Positions 10,171 to 20,902 of a stretch of 64,000 bases of DNA are shown here, one piece after another. The notes under the pieces are model-generated. The model was given only the letters and a program-made list of their open reading frames with translations, searched no databases and was not told the DNA's origin. The stretch lies in NCBI GenBank assembly GCA_963727805.1, contig CAVSHF010000003.1:2336001-2400000 (forward strand). Direction: 5' to 3'. The position numbers were made by a program, and so were the translations under genes. Source of the DNA: an uncultured Nitrospiraceae bacterium (GTDB lineage Bacteria; Nitrospirota; Thermodesulfovibrionia; Thermodesulfovibrionales; Dissulfurispiraceae). Positions within the stretch are counted from its first letter, which is position 1; every line of letters starts with the position of its first letter.

Positions 10171-11526
10171 ATGGCTATCGTCGATTTAAAAAAGGTTGTC
10201 GAAGTCAAAGACGGCTCCCTTTTCATAAAGGACAAGACGGGTCTCAGGCACATAATGGATGGCCTCATTTACAGCGCCGTGTTTGAGCCCGATGAAGCAA
10301 AGAAACAAGGGCTCTTCATTCTTATCAAGGAGATCGCAAAGGCCGCAGGGGCTGTTCCCGCCTCCATCCAGAGTCTCTACGAAGAGATGGGAAGGAATTA
10401 CCCCGGGTTCACTGTGCCCGCCATCAACATTAGAGGTCTCACCTATGATGTTGCCCGTGTGATATTCAGAAAAGCCCTCGGAATGAAGGTCGGTCCCTTT
10501 ATCTTCGAGATCGCTCGTTCTGAGATTGGCTATACGAAACAGCGTCCCCTTGAATATTCGAGCGTCATCCTTGCCGCCGCCGTGAAGGAAGGCTATGCGG
10601 GCCCCGTCTTCATCCAAGGTGATCATTTCCAGGTTGTCAGAAAGAATTTCATGAGCGATCCTGAGCCTGAGGTAAATTATTTGAAGGGTCTGATAGCTGA
10701 AGCCATTGAGGCGGAATTTTACAACATCGATATCGATACCTCTACACTCGTAAATCTTGATCAGTTGACGCTGAAGGAGCAACAGAGGCCGAACTTTGAG
10801 ATGACATCAAAGTTGTCTGAGTATGTACGGCAGCTTCAGCCTGCGGGAGTCGAGATATCCATCGGCGGTGAGATTGGAGAGATCGGCAGCAAGAACAGCA
10901 ATCCCGACGAAGCACGGGCTTATCTCGACGGCATCAAAGAAATCTATAAGGGCGGCAAAGGGTTAAGCAAACTAAGCGTGCAGACCGGCACGAGTCACGG
11001 CGGTGTCGTTTTGCCCGATGGGACTCTTGCCAAGGTGAAGATCGATTTTGATACCCTCAGGCTCCTCTCCGACCTTGCGAGAAAAGAGTATGGCCTTTCG
11101 GGATGCGTGCAGCACGGAGCCTCGACCCTGCCCGATGAAGCTTTTAACATGTTCCCTGAGACGAGCACGTCGGAAGTACACCTTGCCACAGGTTTCCAGA
11201 ATATAATATATGACAGTACGTGCCTTCCCATCGCATTTCGGGAGGAAGTGTACAACTTCATCAAGACCGAATTCGCCAAAGAGAAGAAGGAGAGTCAGAC
11301 AGAAGAACAGTTTATATACAGCACCCGCAAGAAGGGCTTCGGTCTGATCAAGAAGAAATGGTGGGACCTGCCCGAAGATGTTAAACAGGGAATCATGAAG
11401 GAACTTGAAGACAAGTTCGGGTTCCTGTTCGAAAAGCTACGGGTCCGCAATACAGCGGACATCGTTGCACAAACCGTGAACCCCGTTGTAGTCAGGAAAT
11501 CTTTTGACACAACGCTTCTGAGGTAG
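10171..11526 (+). CDS. Class II fructose-bisphosphate aldolase family (long form)
   Basis: FTVPAIN, QGDH, GEIGEIG, GTSHGG, VQHGASTLP; RBS GGAGG before ATG 10171; next to pfk. Confidence 0.88.
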   Translation: MAIVDLKKVVEVKDGSLFIKDKTGLRHIMDGLIYSAVFEPDEAKKQGLFILIKEIAKAAGAVPASIQSLYEEMGRNYPGFTVPAINIRGLTYDVARVIFRKALGMKVGPFIFEIARSEIGYTKQRPLEYSSVILAAAVKEGYAGPVFIQGDHFQVVRKNFMSDPEPEVNYLKGLIAEAIEAEFYNIDIDTSTLVNLDQLTLKEQQRPNFEMTSKLSEYVRQLQPAGVEISIGGEIGEIGSKNSNPDEARAYLDGIKEIYKGGKGLSKLSVQTGTSHGGVVLPDGTLAKVKIDFDTLRLLSDLARKEYGLSGCVQHGASTLPDEAFNMFPETSTSEVHLATGFQNIIYDSTCLPIAFREEVYNFIKTEFAKEKKESQTEEQFIYSTRKKGFGLIKKKWWDLPEDVKQGIMKELEDKFGFLFEKLRVRNTADIVAQTVNPVVVRKSFDTTLLR

Positions 11527-11530
11527 GCCC

Positions 11531-12778
11531 ATGTCCGGGAAAATAAAGGATCTTGTTGGCATAATTGTTGGTGGCGGTCCGGCACCGGGCATTAACGGCG
11601 TTATCAGCGCTGCGACCATCGAGGCCGTTAATGAGGGCAAGCAGGTCGTAGGCATCATGGGCGGCTTTAAGTCCCTCTTTGAAGGCAATAAAGACTGCGT
11701 CATCCCCCTAGACATCGCCGCAGTATCGAGACTGCACACCGAGGGTGGCTCAATCTTGCGGACCTCCCGCGACTATCCGGACAAGGTCAAGGACAAGTTC
11801 AAAACCCTCATGTCGACTCTGAAACAGATCGGTATCAAGCACCTGATCACGATCGGCGGAGAAGGGACCCTCTTCATGGCGAACTGGATTGAAAAGGAGG
11901 CGAGAGGGACCATGAGCGTTGTCCATGTACCGAAGACTATCGACAACGACGTTCCGCTTCCTGGGGGTCAAACGACTTTCGGATACCAGACCGCTCGACA
12001 CTGGGGGGTTGCGATCGTTGAAAACATCATGGAGGATGCCAAGACAACCGGCAGGTGGTATTTCATAACCACTATGGGTCGTAATGCTGGCTATCTTGCA
12101 CTTGGGATCGGCAAATCCTCTGGCGCGACAGTTACCCTTATCGGTGAGGAGTTCAGGGGCATAGAGCATCCCCTTCAGAAGGCAGCTGACGTTCTTACCG
12201 GGGCAATCATCAAGCGGCTCGCGATGGGCAAAGATCACGGGGTAGCCATACTCGCCGAAGGTATTTGCGCGATCTGCCCCACCGAGGATCTGGCACTGTA
12301 CGAACATTGTGAACTCGATGAGACAGGCAGACTCAGGCTTTCAGACATCCAGCTCGGCAGAGTTTTGAAAAACTTTGTAAAAAAGAACTTGGACGAACTC
12401 GGGATATCGATAACAATTGTCGACAAGAGGATCGGCTACGAGCTGAGAGCGGCTGATCCGATCCCCTATGATGTTGAATATACAAGGGACCTCGGATACG
12501 GCGCCATCCGCTATCTGCTCAAGGGTGGGACCGGCTCGATGATCGTTTTTGACCAGGGGTACTTAAAACCCATCCCGTTCGTTGAATTGTTCGACTTCGC
12601 ATCGGGAAGGGTAAAAGTGAGAACCGTCGATACCACTTCCGAGAGTTTTGAAGTCGCCAGAAAGTACATGATCAGGCTCGAAAAAGAAGATTTCGAAGGA
12701 CTTAACCTCAAAAACCTCGCGAAAGTGACCAACCTCTCGCCGCAGGATTTTGCAAAACGGTTTGCTTACGTTGCTTAA
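11531..12778 (+). CDS. 6-phosphofructokinase (PPi-type clade sequence)
   Basis: GGGPAPGIN, GGSILRTSR, PKTIDND, MGR, AEG, GYELR. Confidence 0.9.
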   Translation: MSGKIKDLVGIIVGGGPAPGINGVISAATIEAVNEGKQVVGIMGGFKSLFEGNKDCVIPLDIAAVSRLHTEGGSILRTSRDYPDKVKDKFKTLMSTLKQIGIKHLITIGGEGTLFMANWIEKEARGTMSVVHVPKTIDNDVPLPGGQTTFGYQTARHWGVAIVENIMEDAKTTGRWYFITTMGRNAGYLALGIGKSSGATVTLIGEEFRGIEHPLQKAADVLTGAIIKRLAMGKDHGVAILAEGICAICPTEDLALYEHCELDETGRLRLSDIQLGRVLKNFVKKNLDELGISITIVDKRIGYELRAADPIPYDVEYTRDLGYGAIRYLLKGGTGSMIVFDQGYLKPIPFVELFDFASGRVKVRTVDTTSESFEVARKYMIRLEKEDFEGLNLKNLAKVTNLSPQDFAKRFAYVA

Positions 12779-12780
12779 CT

Positions 12781-14832
12781 TTACCTCAAAAGTCTTGATG
12801 AGTTCAGAAAGACAAGAACATCAGGTATGATGTGGGCCACTGCCGCAGCGGTCGGCGAAAGGATACCAGTTGAGGCGAGCCCTATGCCTACCAGATTGAA
12901 GACTATCCCTAAGGCTAGATTCTGTCTGATAACGTTGAAGGTATTTCTTCCTATGGCAACAGCCTGGGGCACCTGCCTCCACTCATCACGCATGAGCGCT
13001 ATGTCGGAAGCCTCGATAGCCGCGTCCGAGCCGGCAGCGCCCATCGAGATGCCGACATGGGCAAGGGCGAGCGCCGGCGCGTCATTTATACCGTCTCCCA
13101 CCATTACCACTCGTTTGCCCTCCGAGACAAGACCCCGTATCCTCTCGACCTTGTCCTGCGGGAGTAAGCCGGCCATGACGTTCGTTATCCCCAGACGTGA
13201 AGCCACAATGCGTGCGGTCCTCAGGTTATCGCCTGTCATCATGACCGGCTCGTCGAAGCCGAGCGACTTCAGTCGACCGATAGCTTCAATAGTACCCTCT
13301 CTGATTACGTCTGCCACAGCGACAACGCCTACGACTGTGTCTTTGCCCGCGAGCATTAGGACCGTCTTGCCTTCCTCCTCCCGGGCACGACAGTATGCTT
13401 CCACGTCTGCGGATATTGAGATCTCCCGTTGCGCCATAAGCTCCCGATTGCCGAGTAACATCCTCGTTTTGTTGACTGTAGCGCGGACACCCAATCCCGG
13501 CAGTACACTGCTCTCATCAGGCTCCGGTATCTTCACTGCCTCACCTGCAGCCTCCTTCAATATCGCCCTGGCAACCGGATGCTCGGAATATTTCTCGATG
13601 GAAGAGGCCAGGGCGAGTACCTCTTCCCTGCCCACATCGCCAAATCCCTTTATGTCGGTCACCACAGGCTCTCCCAATGTAAGCGTGCCGGTCTTATCCA
13701 CAACGATAGTATCTACCTTTGCCAGGGCTTCGAGATAGCGGCCGCCCTTAATAATGATGCCTTGTCGTGCAGCCGTCCCCATGCTCGCAACTACCGCGAG
13801 TGGTGTCGCGACAGCAACGCTGCAGGGACATGCGACCACAATTACCGCTATGGCATTTCTGATTTCCCCAGTTATCGCATATGTTGCCGCAGCGATCAGG
13901 ATAATCGCTGGGGTGAAATATGATGCGAACCGGTCGGCGATCTTCTGCACCGGGGCCTTGGATGCCTCGGCTTCTTCCACGAGCCTGATAATCCTCGCAT
14001 ACGTCGTATCTTTCCCCGTGTGAAGCACCTTTATGAAGAGTAACCCCATCTGGTTGATAGTCGCCGCATAGACTGCATCTCCTTCTTTCTTTTCAACGGG
14101 GAAAGATTCTCCGGTTATTGGTGCCTCATTCACCGATCCTCTTCCGGAGACAATCACACCTTCGACAGGTATTTTCTCTCCTGGACGGACGACAACAAGT
14201 TCGCCCTTCTTCACCTCTTCGGCCGGCACCTCGATCTCTTCCTCTCCCCTTCGCACGCGCGCGGTCTTGGGGGTAAGGTTGATCAGTTCCTTGATAGCAC
14301 GTCTTGATTTCTCCATGGTGAAGGAATCGATATATTCGGATATCAGCATGAAGAATGCAATGATAGCCGCAGACCGGAACTCACCTATCGCCGTTGCAGT
14401 GGCGACCCCGAGGGCCATAAAGACCTCGGCGGTGATGTTCTTTTGCAAAAGGTCCTGTGCCGCATGTCTGAACAATGGATAACCGCCGATGATGATTGCA
14501 GCCACTGAAAAGAGATCGAACGCCGCTATGTTTGCGTTGAGACCTGCAAGGCCAAGCACGATGAGGAACAGGACAAAACCCATCCTCCAGAAAGGCGAAA
14601 TGCCCGGACTTTTTTCGGCACCCTCTCGCACGACACCGTATCCCAGTCTTTCGATGACTGTTTCAATCTGCTTCCGGAAAATTATAGAAGCATCGAAGGT
14701 GACATCGACCTTTTCAGCACCGAGATAGACGACAGCGGACTCGACACCCTTTTGCCTCAGGAGTGCCTTCTCTATCTTCTCAGCGCATGACGCGCAGTCG
14801 AGGCCTTTAACTGTGATAGTCACCCGCTGCAT
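12781..14832 (-). CDS. Heavy-metal translocating P1B-type ATPase
   Basis: [33 protein letters not shown]. Confidence 0.95.
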   Translation of the reverse strand: MQRVTITVKGLDCASCAEKIEKALLRQKGVESAVVYLGAEKVDVTFDASIIFRKQIETVIERLGYGVVREGAEKSPGISPFWRMGFVLFLIVLGLAGLNANIAAFDLFSVAAIIIGGYPLFRHAAQDLLQKNITAEVFMALGVATATAIGEFRSAAIIAFFMLISEYIDSFTMEKSRRAIKELINLTPKTARVRRGEEEIEVPAEEVKKGELVVVRPGEKIPVEGVIVSGRGSVNEAPITGESFPVEKKEGDAVYAATINQMGLLFIKVLHTGKDTTYARIIRLVEEAEASKAPVQKIADRFASYFTPAIILIAAATYAITGEIRNAIAVIVVACPCSVAVATPLAVVASMGTAARQGIIIKGGRYLEALAKVDTIVVDKTGTLTLGEPVVTDIKGFGDVGREEVLALASSIEKYSEHPVARAILKEAAGEAVKIPEPDESSVLPGLGVRATVNKTRMLLGNRELMAQREISISADVEAYCRAREEEGKTVLMLAGKDTVVGVVAVADVIREGTIEAIGRLKSLGFDEPVMMTGDNLRTARIVASRLGITNVMAGLLPQDKVERIRGLVSEGKRVVMVGDGINDAPALALAHVGISMGAAGSDAAIEASDIALMRDEWRQVPQAVAIGRNTFNVIRQNLALGIVFNLVGIGLASTGILSPTAAAVAHIIPDVLVFLNSSRLLR

Positions 14833-14843
14833 TTTTCTGTCCC

Positions 14844-15269
14844 CTAATTTTCCTTAGTATGAGTGCCGGGCAGACATGCATTTTCATTTACATGCCGCAG
14901 GCATTCGCTGATAAGGCTTGTGATGTGGTTGTCGTCAAGGGAATAAAAAACCATCTTGCCGGTCTTCCGGTACTTCACGAGCCGCATATTCCGCAGTATT
15001 CTCAATTGGTGCGATATTGCGGACTTAGTAGTATTCAGCAGTGCGGCGATATCGCACACGCAAAGTTCATCGATGGCAAGCGCCGAGATGATCTTCGTCC
15101 GTGTAACGTCTCCTAGTGCATTGAAGGTCTCCGCAACCTTTTTTAAGGCTGCTGCCGGCTCCATCTTCTTCATCACCGACGAAACCTTTTTGGGGTTTAT
15201 AGCCGAAACCTCGCAGACATATTCACCCTTGTCAAAAGCCTTGCCAGCTACCGTTTTTCCCTTTGCCAT
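14844..15269 (-). CDS. ArsR/SmtB/CadC metal-sensing repressor
   Basis: [26 protein letters not shown]; start placed at ATG 15269 because TTG 15302 lies inside the operator. Confidence 0.92.
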   Translation of the reverse strand: MAKGKTVAGKAFDKGEYVCEVSAINPKKVSSVMKKMEPAAALKKVAETFNALGDVTRTKIISALAIDELCVCDIAALLNTTKSAISHQLRILRNMRLVKYRKTGKMVFYSLDDNHITSLISECLRHVNENACLPGTHTKEN

Positions 15270-15285
15270 ATTCACCCTCGCGACG

Positions 15286-15341
15286 GTTGAATGGTTGCTC
15301 AACTGTTAATTTATGATATAAAAAATCGGGTTGACTGTCAA
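15286..15341 (-). promoter_or_regulatory. Sigma70 promoter plus candidate ArsR/SmtB operator
   Basis: TTGACA (15336-15341) -17 nt- TATCAT (15313-15318); inverted repeat GTTGA-N8-TCAAC at 15286-15303. Confidence 0.75.
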
Positions 15342-15368
15342 GGCGTGCCCTGCAGGAAGGTGAAAAAC

Positions 15369-15398
15369 TTGACGCCCAAAACGTTTTTTTCGTATAGT
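15369..15398 (+). promoter_or_regulatory. Sigma70 promoter of the tRNA gene
   Basis: TTGACG -18 nt- TATAGT. Confidence 0.7.
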
Positions 15399-15415
15399 AC
15401 TAATCTGTTCTGTGA

Positions 15416-15491
<76 letters not shown>

Positions 15492-15500
15492 CGAAATTAG

Positions 15501-15532
15501 AAGGGCCGGGCTATATCGCCCGGTCTTTTTTT
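15501..15532 (+). terminator. Intrinsic terminator after tRNA-Lys
   Basis: GGGCCGGGC-loop-GCCCGGTCT followed by a T tract. Confidence 0.85.
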
Positions 15533-15684
15533 GCAGCCGCATGCACGAACAGACGATCTGGCTGCTTACGCTCTACATGTCAATAACTATTACCCGCCCA
15601 TCGGGCATCCCTCGAAGGACCAGATGAAATAGAGTTGGACAGCTGACTTAAATCGCCTTCAATTATGCTATCATTTAAAGTAGC

Positions 15685-16149
15685 ATGAAGAAGTTTTTTG
15701 TTGTCCTGCTATCTGTGCTGATTGGGGTGCTGTTGGCGGCACAGGGGCTCGCTGCCACAACGGGACAGGTTTTCACTAATACGGATCTCGAAAAGTACAA
15801 GGCCGACGTAGATGGTTCCATAATTCCCCAAAAGGCGCAATCTGTCCCTCAAGTTCCTCAACGGGAGCGCCACATCTCAAAGGGGTCGGACGAAAAGCCT
15901 AAACAATACTGGTGCGCCAGGGGATCTTCCCGCCGTGCCAATGTTGATAAGGCAAGGGCAAGGGTTGAAGACGCTGAACAAAAACGCCCTGACCAGGATC
16001 CGGGGTCTTTTATCAAAAATAACCGCACGTCTGCTGAAAAGAAAGTGCGTTCAGCTAAGAAAGAGCTTTACAGAGCAGAACAGTTGCTGGCAGACCTGGA
16101 GCTGCAGGCCCGTAGGCAAAAAATTCCTCCGGGCTGGCTATGCCAGTAG
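15685..16149 (+). CDS. Secreted hypothetical protein
   Basis: Signal peptide, VFTNTDL motif, coiled coil, C-terminal ARRQKIPPGWL. Confidence 0.75.
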   Translation: MKKFFVVLLSVLIGVLLAAQGLAATTGQVFTNTDLEKYKADVDGSIIPQKAQSVPQVPQRERHISKGSDEKPKQYWCARGSSRRANVDKARARVEDAEQKRPDQDPGSFIKNNRTSAEKKVRSAKKELYRAEQLLADLELQARRQKIPPGWLCQ

Positions 16150-16181
16150 TCCAGCGTAAAAAAAACTAGCGATATCGCATC

Positions 16182-16652
16182 TCAGGATATATCCCGCAGA
16201 CGCGTGTGGAGGACCTGTGCTGTACCCTCCTTCATTCTAACAACGGCATCGACAGATGGTCCTACTTCATCAAGCTTCGGCTGGGCCTGTGCCGTTATGA
16301 GTATCTTGCCCGGAAAGCTTCGCTCTGAGATGAACTTTTTAATGGCCGCGACAAAATCCTCTGTCGCGCCGTCGAAATCATCAATCAGCAAGACCGTTTC
16401 AGCTGAAAGCGTTTTTGGCAGTTCATTCAGCTGGCCGACCACGGTGATGTCATCGTTATGTTGATACAATTCCTCGCCGGAAGATGCCCCCGCTGCATTT
16501 AAGTAGTAAGGTTTCCACAGGCCCTTCATCGCCCTGAGGGAAGAGACCGTCTTTCCGGTGCCCCGCCATCCCAGCAGCAGGATGATGGTGTGTGTCTTGA
16601 GAACGTTCCTCAGTATTTCTTCTTTGACGACAAAGGCTATCTCTCTATCCAT
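16182..16652 (-). CDS. Small P-loop NTPase-like protein
   Basis: Walker A GWRGTGKT and Walker B LLIDD in a 156-aa ORF. Confidence 0.7.
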   Translation of the reverse strand: MDREIAFVVKEEILRNVLKTHTIILLLGWRGTGKTVSSLRAMKGLWKPYYLNAAGASSGEELYQHNDDITVVGQLNELPKTLSAETVLLIDDFDGATEDFVAAIKKFISERSFPGKILITAQAQPKLDEVGPSVDAVVRMKEGTAQVLHTRLRDIS

Positions 16653-16674
16653 GTGGTCTGCGCTCCGGTCTGTT

Positions 16675-18222
16675 TCAGATTGTGTGCTTCTGCTTGATGG
16701 CGAGGACCGTCTGGTCGCGTAGCATGGTGAGATACTTCAACTCTTCGGCGGTTACCTTTTCGAACGCCGCACTGACCCCTTCGATATAGAAAAGGCCGAT
16801 AGGCTTCTTGTTGATGACGATGGGCAAAATAATAATAAAAATATTGTCGGTAATTTTTTTTGAATACCAGGAGGGCAGAAGAGCTTTGATATCCGGCGTT
16901 GTGATGTCCCTAATAACGAGATCAGTCGGCTTTGACATGGCCAGATTGAAGATGTCTTCGGGCTTGTCCAGAAAGAACTCGAACCATTGCCTGAGGACGG
17001 ACAAGTCTCCCCCGAAGCCGAATTTGATCTTCATCGCAAGCGTTTTCGAATCTCTCAAAAAGAAGAGGACCTTTGAGGTCCCCGAAAAGTTCAGGCCACG
17101 ATAGATCGTTTCGAGCGCGATCTTGATGACCTCATTCAGCGGATAATCGTTCAGGATCGCCGTGTTGATCTCGAGTACTGCCTTGGAGAAAACGGTATCA
17201 GGTGTTTTGTCATTTTCGGCATCGAGAATTCCCGCTATGGAACTGAGACCCGCTGTCATCTCGCCCGGTGGTTTTTCGAGGGCCGCTTCTTGTTTCGCGA
17301 CATTGTCCAATTGCGTCAGGTTGCGGTAAATCAAAAGTCCGGAAGTGTTCAAGTTGAACGTGTCGGCATATTCCGCCACCTCGGAAGCAACATCGCTTAT
17401 TAATTGCTTCAGATTTTCGATGCCGCCGAAATGGGTTTTATAGGTGTTCATCAGTTTCCTGAAGTGTTCTTCCTTATCTTTTGCCGGTGACGGAGATGCA
17501 ATGATTCCCGTAATCTCGTTCGAGAAGTTGGAGAGGCTGCACAGCCTCTCCAATTCGCCGGAATCCGCCTTAATCTCCGCAGGACGAATCTTTTTCATAG
17601 TAGTAACAATTTTCTTAGGGAAGTTCCAGGTTTCGGCGATCTCCTTGCCGATGGTTTCATATGAGGCGCCGAGTACGGACATTGCGGCGACTTCCTCGGT
17701 ATGCCCTTTTTCGACGCATAATCGCGCTATTTCGTCTATTTTCTCGGGCATATAGAAGGCCGTCATGATAGTTCCGAAGGTATGAAAAAGGGAACAGATA
17801 AAGGCCTCTTCAATATTTACACCGCTCGTTTCTTCTGCCAACTTCTGGGCAAGGGCTCCACTGCAGACCGCCCGGAGGAGAAGTTCCTGCACCTTGTCAG
17901 TCGACCTTCCGCCTAATTGATTGAAAAGGAGAAGGGTGACCGCGATATTGCGGATATTTTCAAACCCCAACAGCATTATGGCACGCGATATCGTGGTGAC
18001 CTCTCCGAACTGAAGGTACCCCACGCTGTTAACCAGCTTGAGAATTTTCATGGTCAGGGCGTAATCTTTCAGGATAACGTTCGACAGAGCGGAGGAGGAG
18101 CTGTCGTCGGAGGATTTGAGATCATTGAGCAGGGTGATAGTCTGTGACATGAGGGGGAAATCGCTGTGCTGACCGATCTTTGCTATAAGGATTTCTTTTA
18201 ATTCTTTTGCGTCGGATGCCAT
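16675..18222 (-). CDS. HDOD-domain signalling protein with a probable GAF-like C-terminus
   Basis: DFP, ILKDYALTMKILKLVNS, TISRAIMLLG, EEAFICSLFHTFG, WNFP; start at ATG 18222 behind GAAGGGG. Confidence 0.88.
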   Translation of the reverse strand: MASDAKELKEILIAKIGQHSDFPLMSQTITLLNDLKSSDDSSSSALSNVILKDYALTMKILKLVNSVGYLQFGEVTTISRAIMLLGFENIRNIAVTLLLFNQLGGRSTDKVQELLLRAVCSGALAQKLAEETSGVNIEEAFICSLFHTFGTIMTAFYMPEKIDEIARLCVEKGHTEEVAAMSVLGASYETIGKEIAETWNFPKKIVTTMKKIRPAEIKADSGELERLCSLSNFSNEITGIIASPSPAKDKEEHFRKLMNTYKTHFGGIENLKQLISDVASEVAEYADTFNLNTSGLLIYRNLTQLDNVAKQEAALEKPPGEMTAGLSSIAGILDAENDKTPDTVFSKAVLEINTAILNDYPLNEVIKIALETIYRGLNFSGTSKVLFFLRDSKTLAMKIKFGFGGDLSVLRQWFEFFLDKPEDIFNLAMSKPTDLVIRDITTPDIKALLPSWYSKKITDNIFIIILPIVINKKPIGLFYIEGVSAAFEKVTAEELKYLTMLRDQTVLAIKQKHTI

Positions 18223-18404
18223 CACCAAATCCCCTTCTTTGTTGCCGGCGGAGCAACTTTTAGTCCGTCGTATGTCCGATTTCCCTTGATTAAATCCCGC
18301 GCAATCAGTAATTATATAATAATACCATGCACCTTTAAAAAAAACGATTAAAGTTGCCACCATTGCTTCTATAATCGTTGAATATATTGTCTTCAGGAGT
18401 TGCC

Positions 18405-19511
18405 TTGTCACATCAAATATCTCAGTTGCCTCAACTGGTAATAAAGGGAAAGGCTCTAACATCGCCTATTATTCAGGGCGGAATGGGGGTCGGTGTTTCC
18501 CTGCATCCGCTTGCTGCCGCCGTTGCCCGCGAAGGCGGACTCGGGATCATATCGAGCGCCTGCCTCGACCGACTCGTATCGAAAAGGACCGGCAAACGAA
18601 TAGGCACCTATGAAGCCACGTACGAGGAAGTTTCGCTCTCAAAGAGTCTCGGGGGCCTTGCCGGCATCAATATTATGGTGGCCCTTGTGAAAGATTACGC
18701 AAATTCGGTGAAGGGTGCACTCGATGCGGGGGCAGATGCCATTATTTCTGGTGCAGGACTGCCGCTCTCTCTGCCTGCTATCCAAGATCCGAAAGAGACA
18801 GCCCTGATCCCGATAGTATCGTCCGCCAGGGCACTTGATATCATATGCAAAAAATGGGAGAAACTTGGGTACCGGCCCGATGCGGTCGTACTCGAAGGCC
18901 CGCTGGCCGGGGGCCATCTCGGCTTCAGAATAGACCAGATCGACCTCGATGCAAACAAGCTCGAAAATCTCCTGCCACCTGTGAAAGATATGGCCCGGAA
19001 ATATGGAGATATCCCGGTGATTGTAGCAGGCGGTATCTATACTCATGCAGATATCGTGAAATTTATCGCCCTTGGCGCCGACGGTGTGCAGATGGGAACC
19101 CGCTTCCTTGCAACCGAAGAGAGCAGCGCACCGGAAGAATATAAGCAGGCCGTCCTTGATGCAAAGGAGGAAGACATCGTCGTTGCCCACCGCCCGGGTT
19201 CGCCTTGTGGACTTCCATTCAGAGTGATAAAACAGTCGCCCATGTATCTGTCATCCCTTAAAGCGCTCAGATCTCCTAAATGCGACAAGGGATATGTGCT
19301 TCTCAAGGATTCCGAGGGGAAATTTACGCTCTGCCCTGCTAAAGTAGACAACAAAGATTATTTTTGCATCTGTAATGGACTGTTGAGTTCTGCAGGATAT
19401 AACCGCACTGAAGAAGAGCCCCTTTATACCGTCGGAACCAATGCCTCGCGGGTTGAGCAGATCTTGTCCGTGAAAGCTTTAATGAACGAGCTTGCCGGCA
19501 ATACCGATTAA
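18405..19511 (+). CDS. Nitronate monooxygenase / FabK-like flavin oxidoreductase
   Basis: PIIQGGMGVGVS, SGAGLP, EGPLAGGHLG, AGGI, GVQMGTRF; TTG start behind AGGAG. Confidence 0.9.
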   Translation: MSHQISQLPQLVIKGKALTSPIIQGGMGVGVSLHPLAAAVAREGGLGIISSACLDRLVSKRTGKRIGTYEATYEEVSLSKSLGGLAGINIMVALVKDYANSVKGALDAGADAIISGAGLPLSLPAIQDPKETALIPIVSSARALDIICKKWEKLGYRPDAVVLEGPLAGGHLGFRIDQIDLDANKLENLLPPVKDMARKYGDIPVIVAGGIYTHADIVKFIALGADGVQMGTRFLATEESSAPEEYKQAVLDAKEEDIVVAHRPGSPCGLPFRVIKQSPMYLSSLKALRSPKCDKGYVLLKDSEGKFTLCPAKVDNKDYFCICNGLLSSAGYNRTEEEPLYTVGTNASRVEQILSVKALMNELAGNTD

Positions 19512-19531
19512 TTTCGCCTCTTTCGAAGTAT

Positions 19532-19894
19532 ATGCCTATGGATAAACTAAAGGTTTTATTTCATATCAACGAAACCGAGAAATGGAAAGTTGTTCTCGGC
19601 AATATCTCCAACCTCATCAGTGACGTTGGAGAGGAAAATGTGGACATTGTCGTTGTCGCCAACAGTTTTGCTGTCTATGGCTATACCGATCCCGAAAAAC
19701 TCTCGGTCATTGAGCAGCTCTCTGTTGGAGGAGCGAAGTTCATCGCCTGCCGTAACTCGCTCAGAAATATGTGCCAGGAAGGGGTGGCCTGTGTCAAGGA
19801 AGAACTCCTGCCTCCCTTTATCGTTATAGTTCCCGCAGGTATTACGGAAATCATCAAAAGACAGAGAGACGGTTACGCGTACGTGAAGCCATAG
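19532..19894 (+). CDS. DsrE-family protein
   Basis: KVLFHINE, ACRNSL, VPAGITEIIKRQRDGYAYVKP. Confidence 0.85.
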   Translation: MPMDKLKVLFHINETEKWKVVLGNISNLISDVGEENVDIVVVANSFAVYGYTDPEKLSVIEQLSVGGAKFIACRNSLRNMCQEGVACVKEELLPPFIVIVPAGITEIIKRQRDGYAYVKP

Positions 19895-19923
19895 CCGATT
19901 ACCAAAGGCGGAAGAACTCCAGG

Positions 19924-20361
19924 CTACTTTGTACTTTTAAAGTCCTTCGATATCCTGTCAAGAATGCCGTTGATGAATGCCGCCGATTCGGCGGTCGAAA
20001 ATCTCTTTGCGATTTCCAGCGCCTCGTTAATGCTGACAGCATCGGGGATATCGTCCCGAAAAAGGATTTCATAGACCGCGACCCTTATAATGTTCCTGTC
20101 GATGGCCGCCATCCTCAGAAGCTTCCATTTGTCAACAGCCTTCTGGATCAGCGGATTTATATCATCGAGATGCTTTATGACGCCTTTGATGAGGTCCTCC
20201 GCAAATTTCTTTACATCGGGATTGCTCTCGTCAGTACCCTTCCAGAACTCATCAAGACCCCGAAAAAGGTCGTACTTCTTTTGTGCTTCGGGCTCCAGGG
20301 CCACAAGGTCAATGCCATAAAGGAACTGCAGTGCATATTCCCGTGCTTTTCTTCTCTTCAT
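19924..20361 (-). CDS. nusB: Transcription antitermination factor NusB
   Basis: RRKAREYALQFLY, IDRNIIR, INEALEIAKRF, FINGILD. Confidence 0.96.
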   Translation of the reverse strand: MKRRKAREYALQFLYGIDLVALEPEAQKKYDLFRGLDEFWKGTDESNPDVKKFAEDLIKGVIKHLDDINPLIQKAVDKWKLLRMAAIDRNIIRVAVYEILFRDDIPDAVSINEALEIAKRFSTAESAAFINGILDRISKDFKSTK

Positions 20362-20368
20362 ATCTCCC

Positions 20369-20830
20369 TTAGAGTTGTTTTATAACCTGGGCCATTTCAA
20401 TGGCAGTCATGGCGGCATCCCAGCCTTTGTTGCCAGACTTTGAGCCTGCTCTTTCGACGGCCTGCTCTATTGTGTCAGAGGTAATAACTCCGAAAGCGAT
20501 CGGCACGCCCGTCTCGAGCGATGCTGAAGCAATCCCCTTGGAGACCTCAGCAGCAATGTAATCGAAATGGGGAGTGGCTCCGCGAATTACCGTCCCGAGA
20601 CAAATGACAGCATCGTACTTTCCGCCTGCAGCCATCTTCTTTGCAACCAAGGGAATCTCGAAAGAGCCTGGAACCTTCACAACCTCGATATCCTTTTCGA
20701 CGGCACCATGTCTGACTAGCCCGTCAACAGCACCGTCGAGAAGCTTCGAAGTGATAAAGTCATTGAACCTGCTAAGGACGATACCGAACTTTAGGTCCCT
20801 AGCCTGCAGTTTTCCTTCTATAACCTTCAT
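20369..20830 (-). CDS. ribH: 6,7-dimethyl-8-ribityllumazine synthase
   Basis: [41 protein letters not shown]. Confidence 0.97.
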   Translation of the reverse strand: MKVIEGKLQARDLKFGIVLSRFNDFITSKLLDGAVDGLVRHGAVEKDIEVVKVPGSFEIPLVAKKMAAGGKYDAVICLGTVIRGATPHFDYIAAEVSKGIASASLETGVPIAFGVITSDTIEQAVERAGSKSGNKGWDAAMTAIEMAQVIKQL

Positions 20831-20902
20831 AGCCGCCTCCTGATGATTTTTGTATATTGTATCACAACATCCCCATATCACAATTGAATGCTCACGCCGG
20901 GT

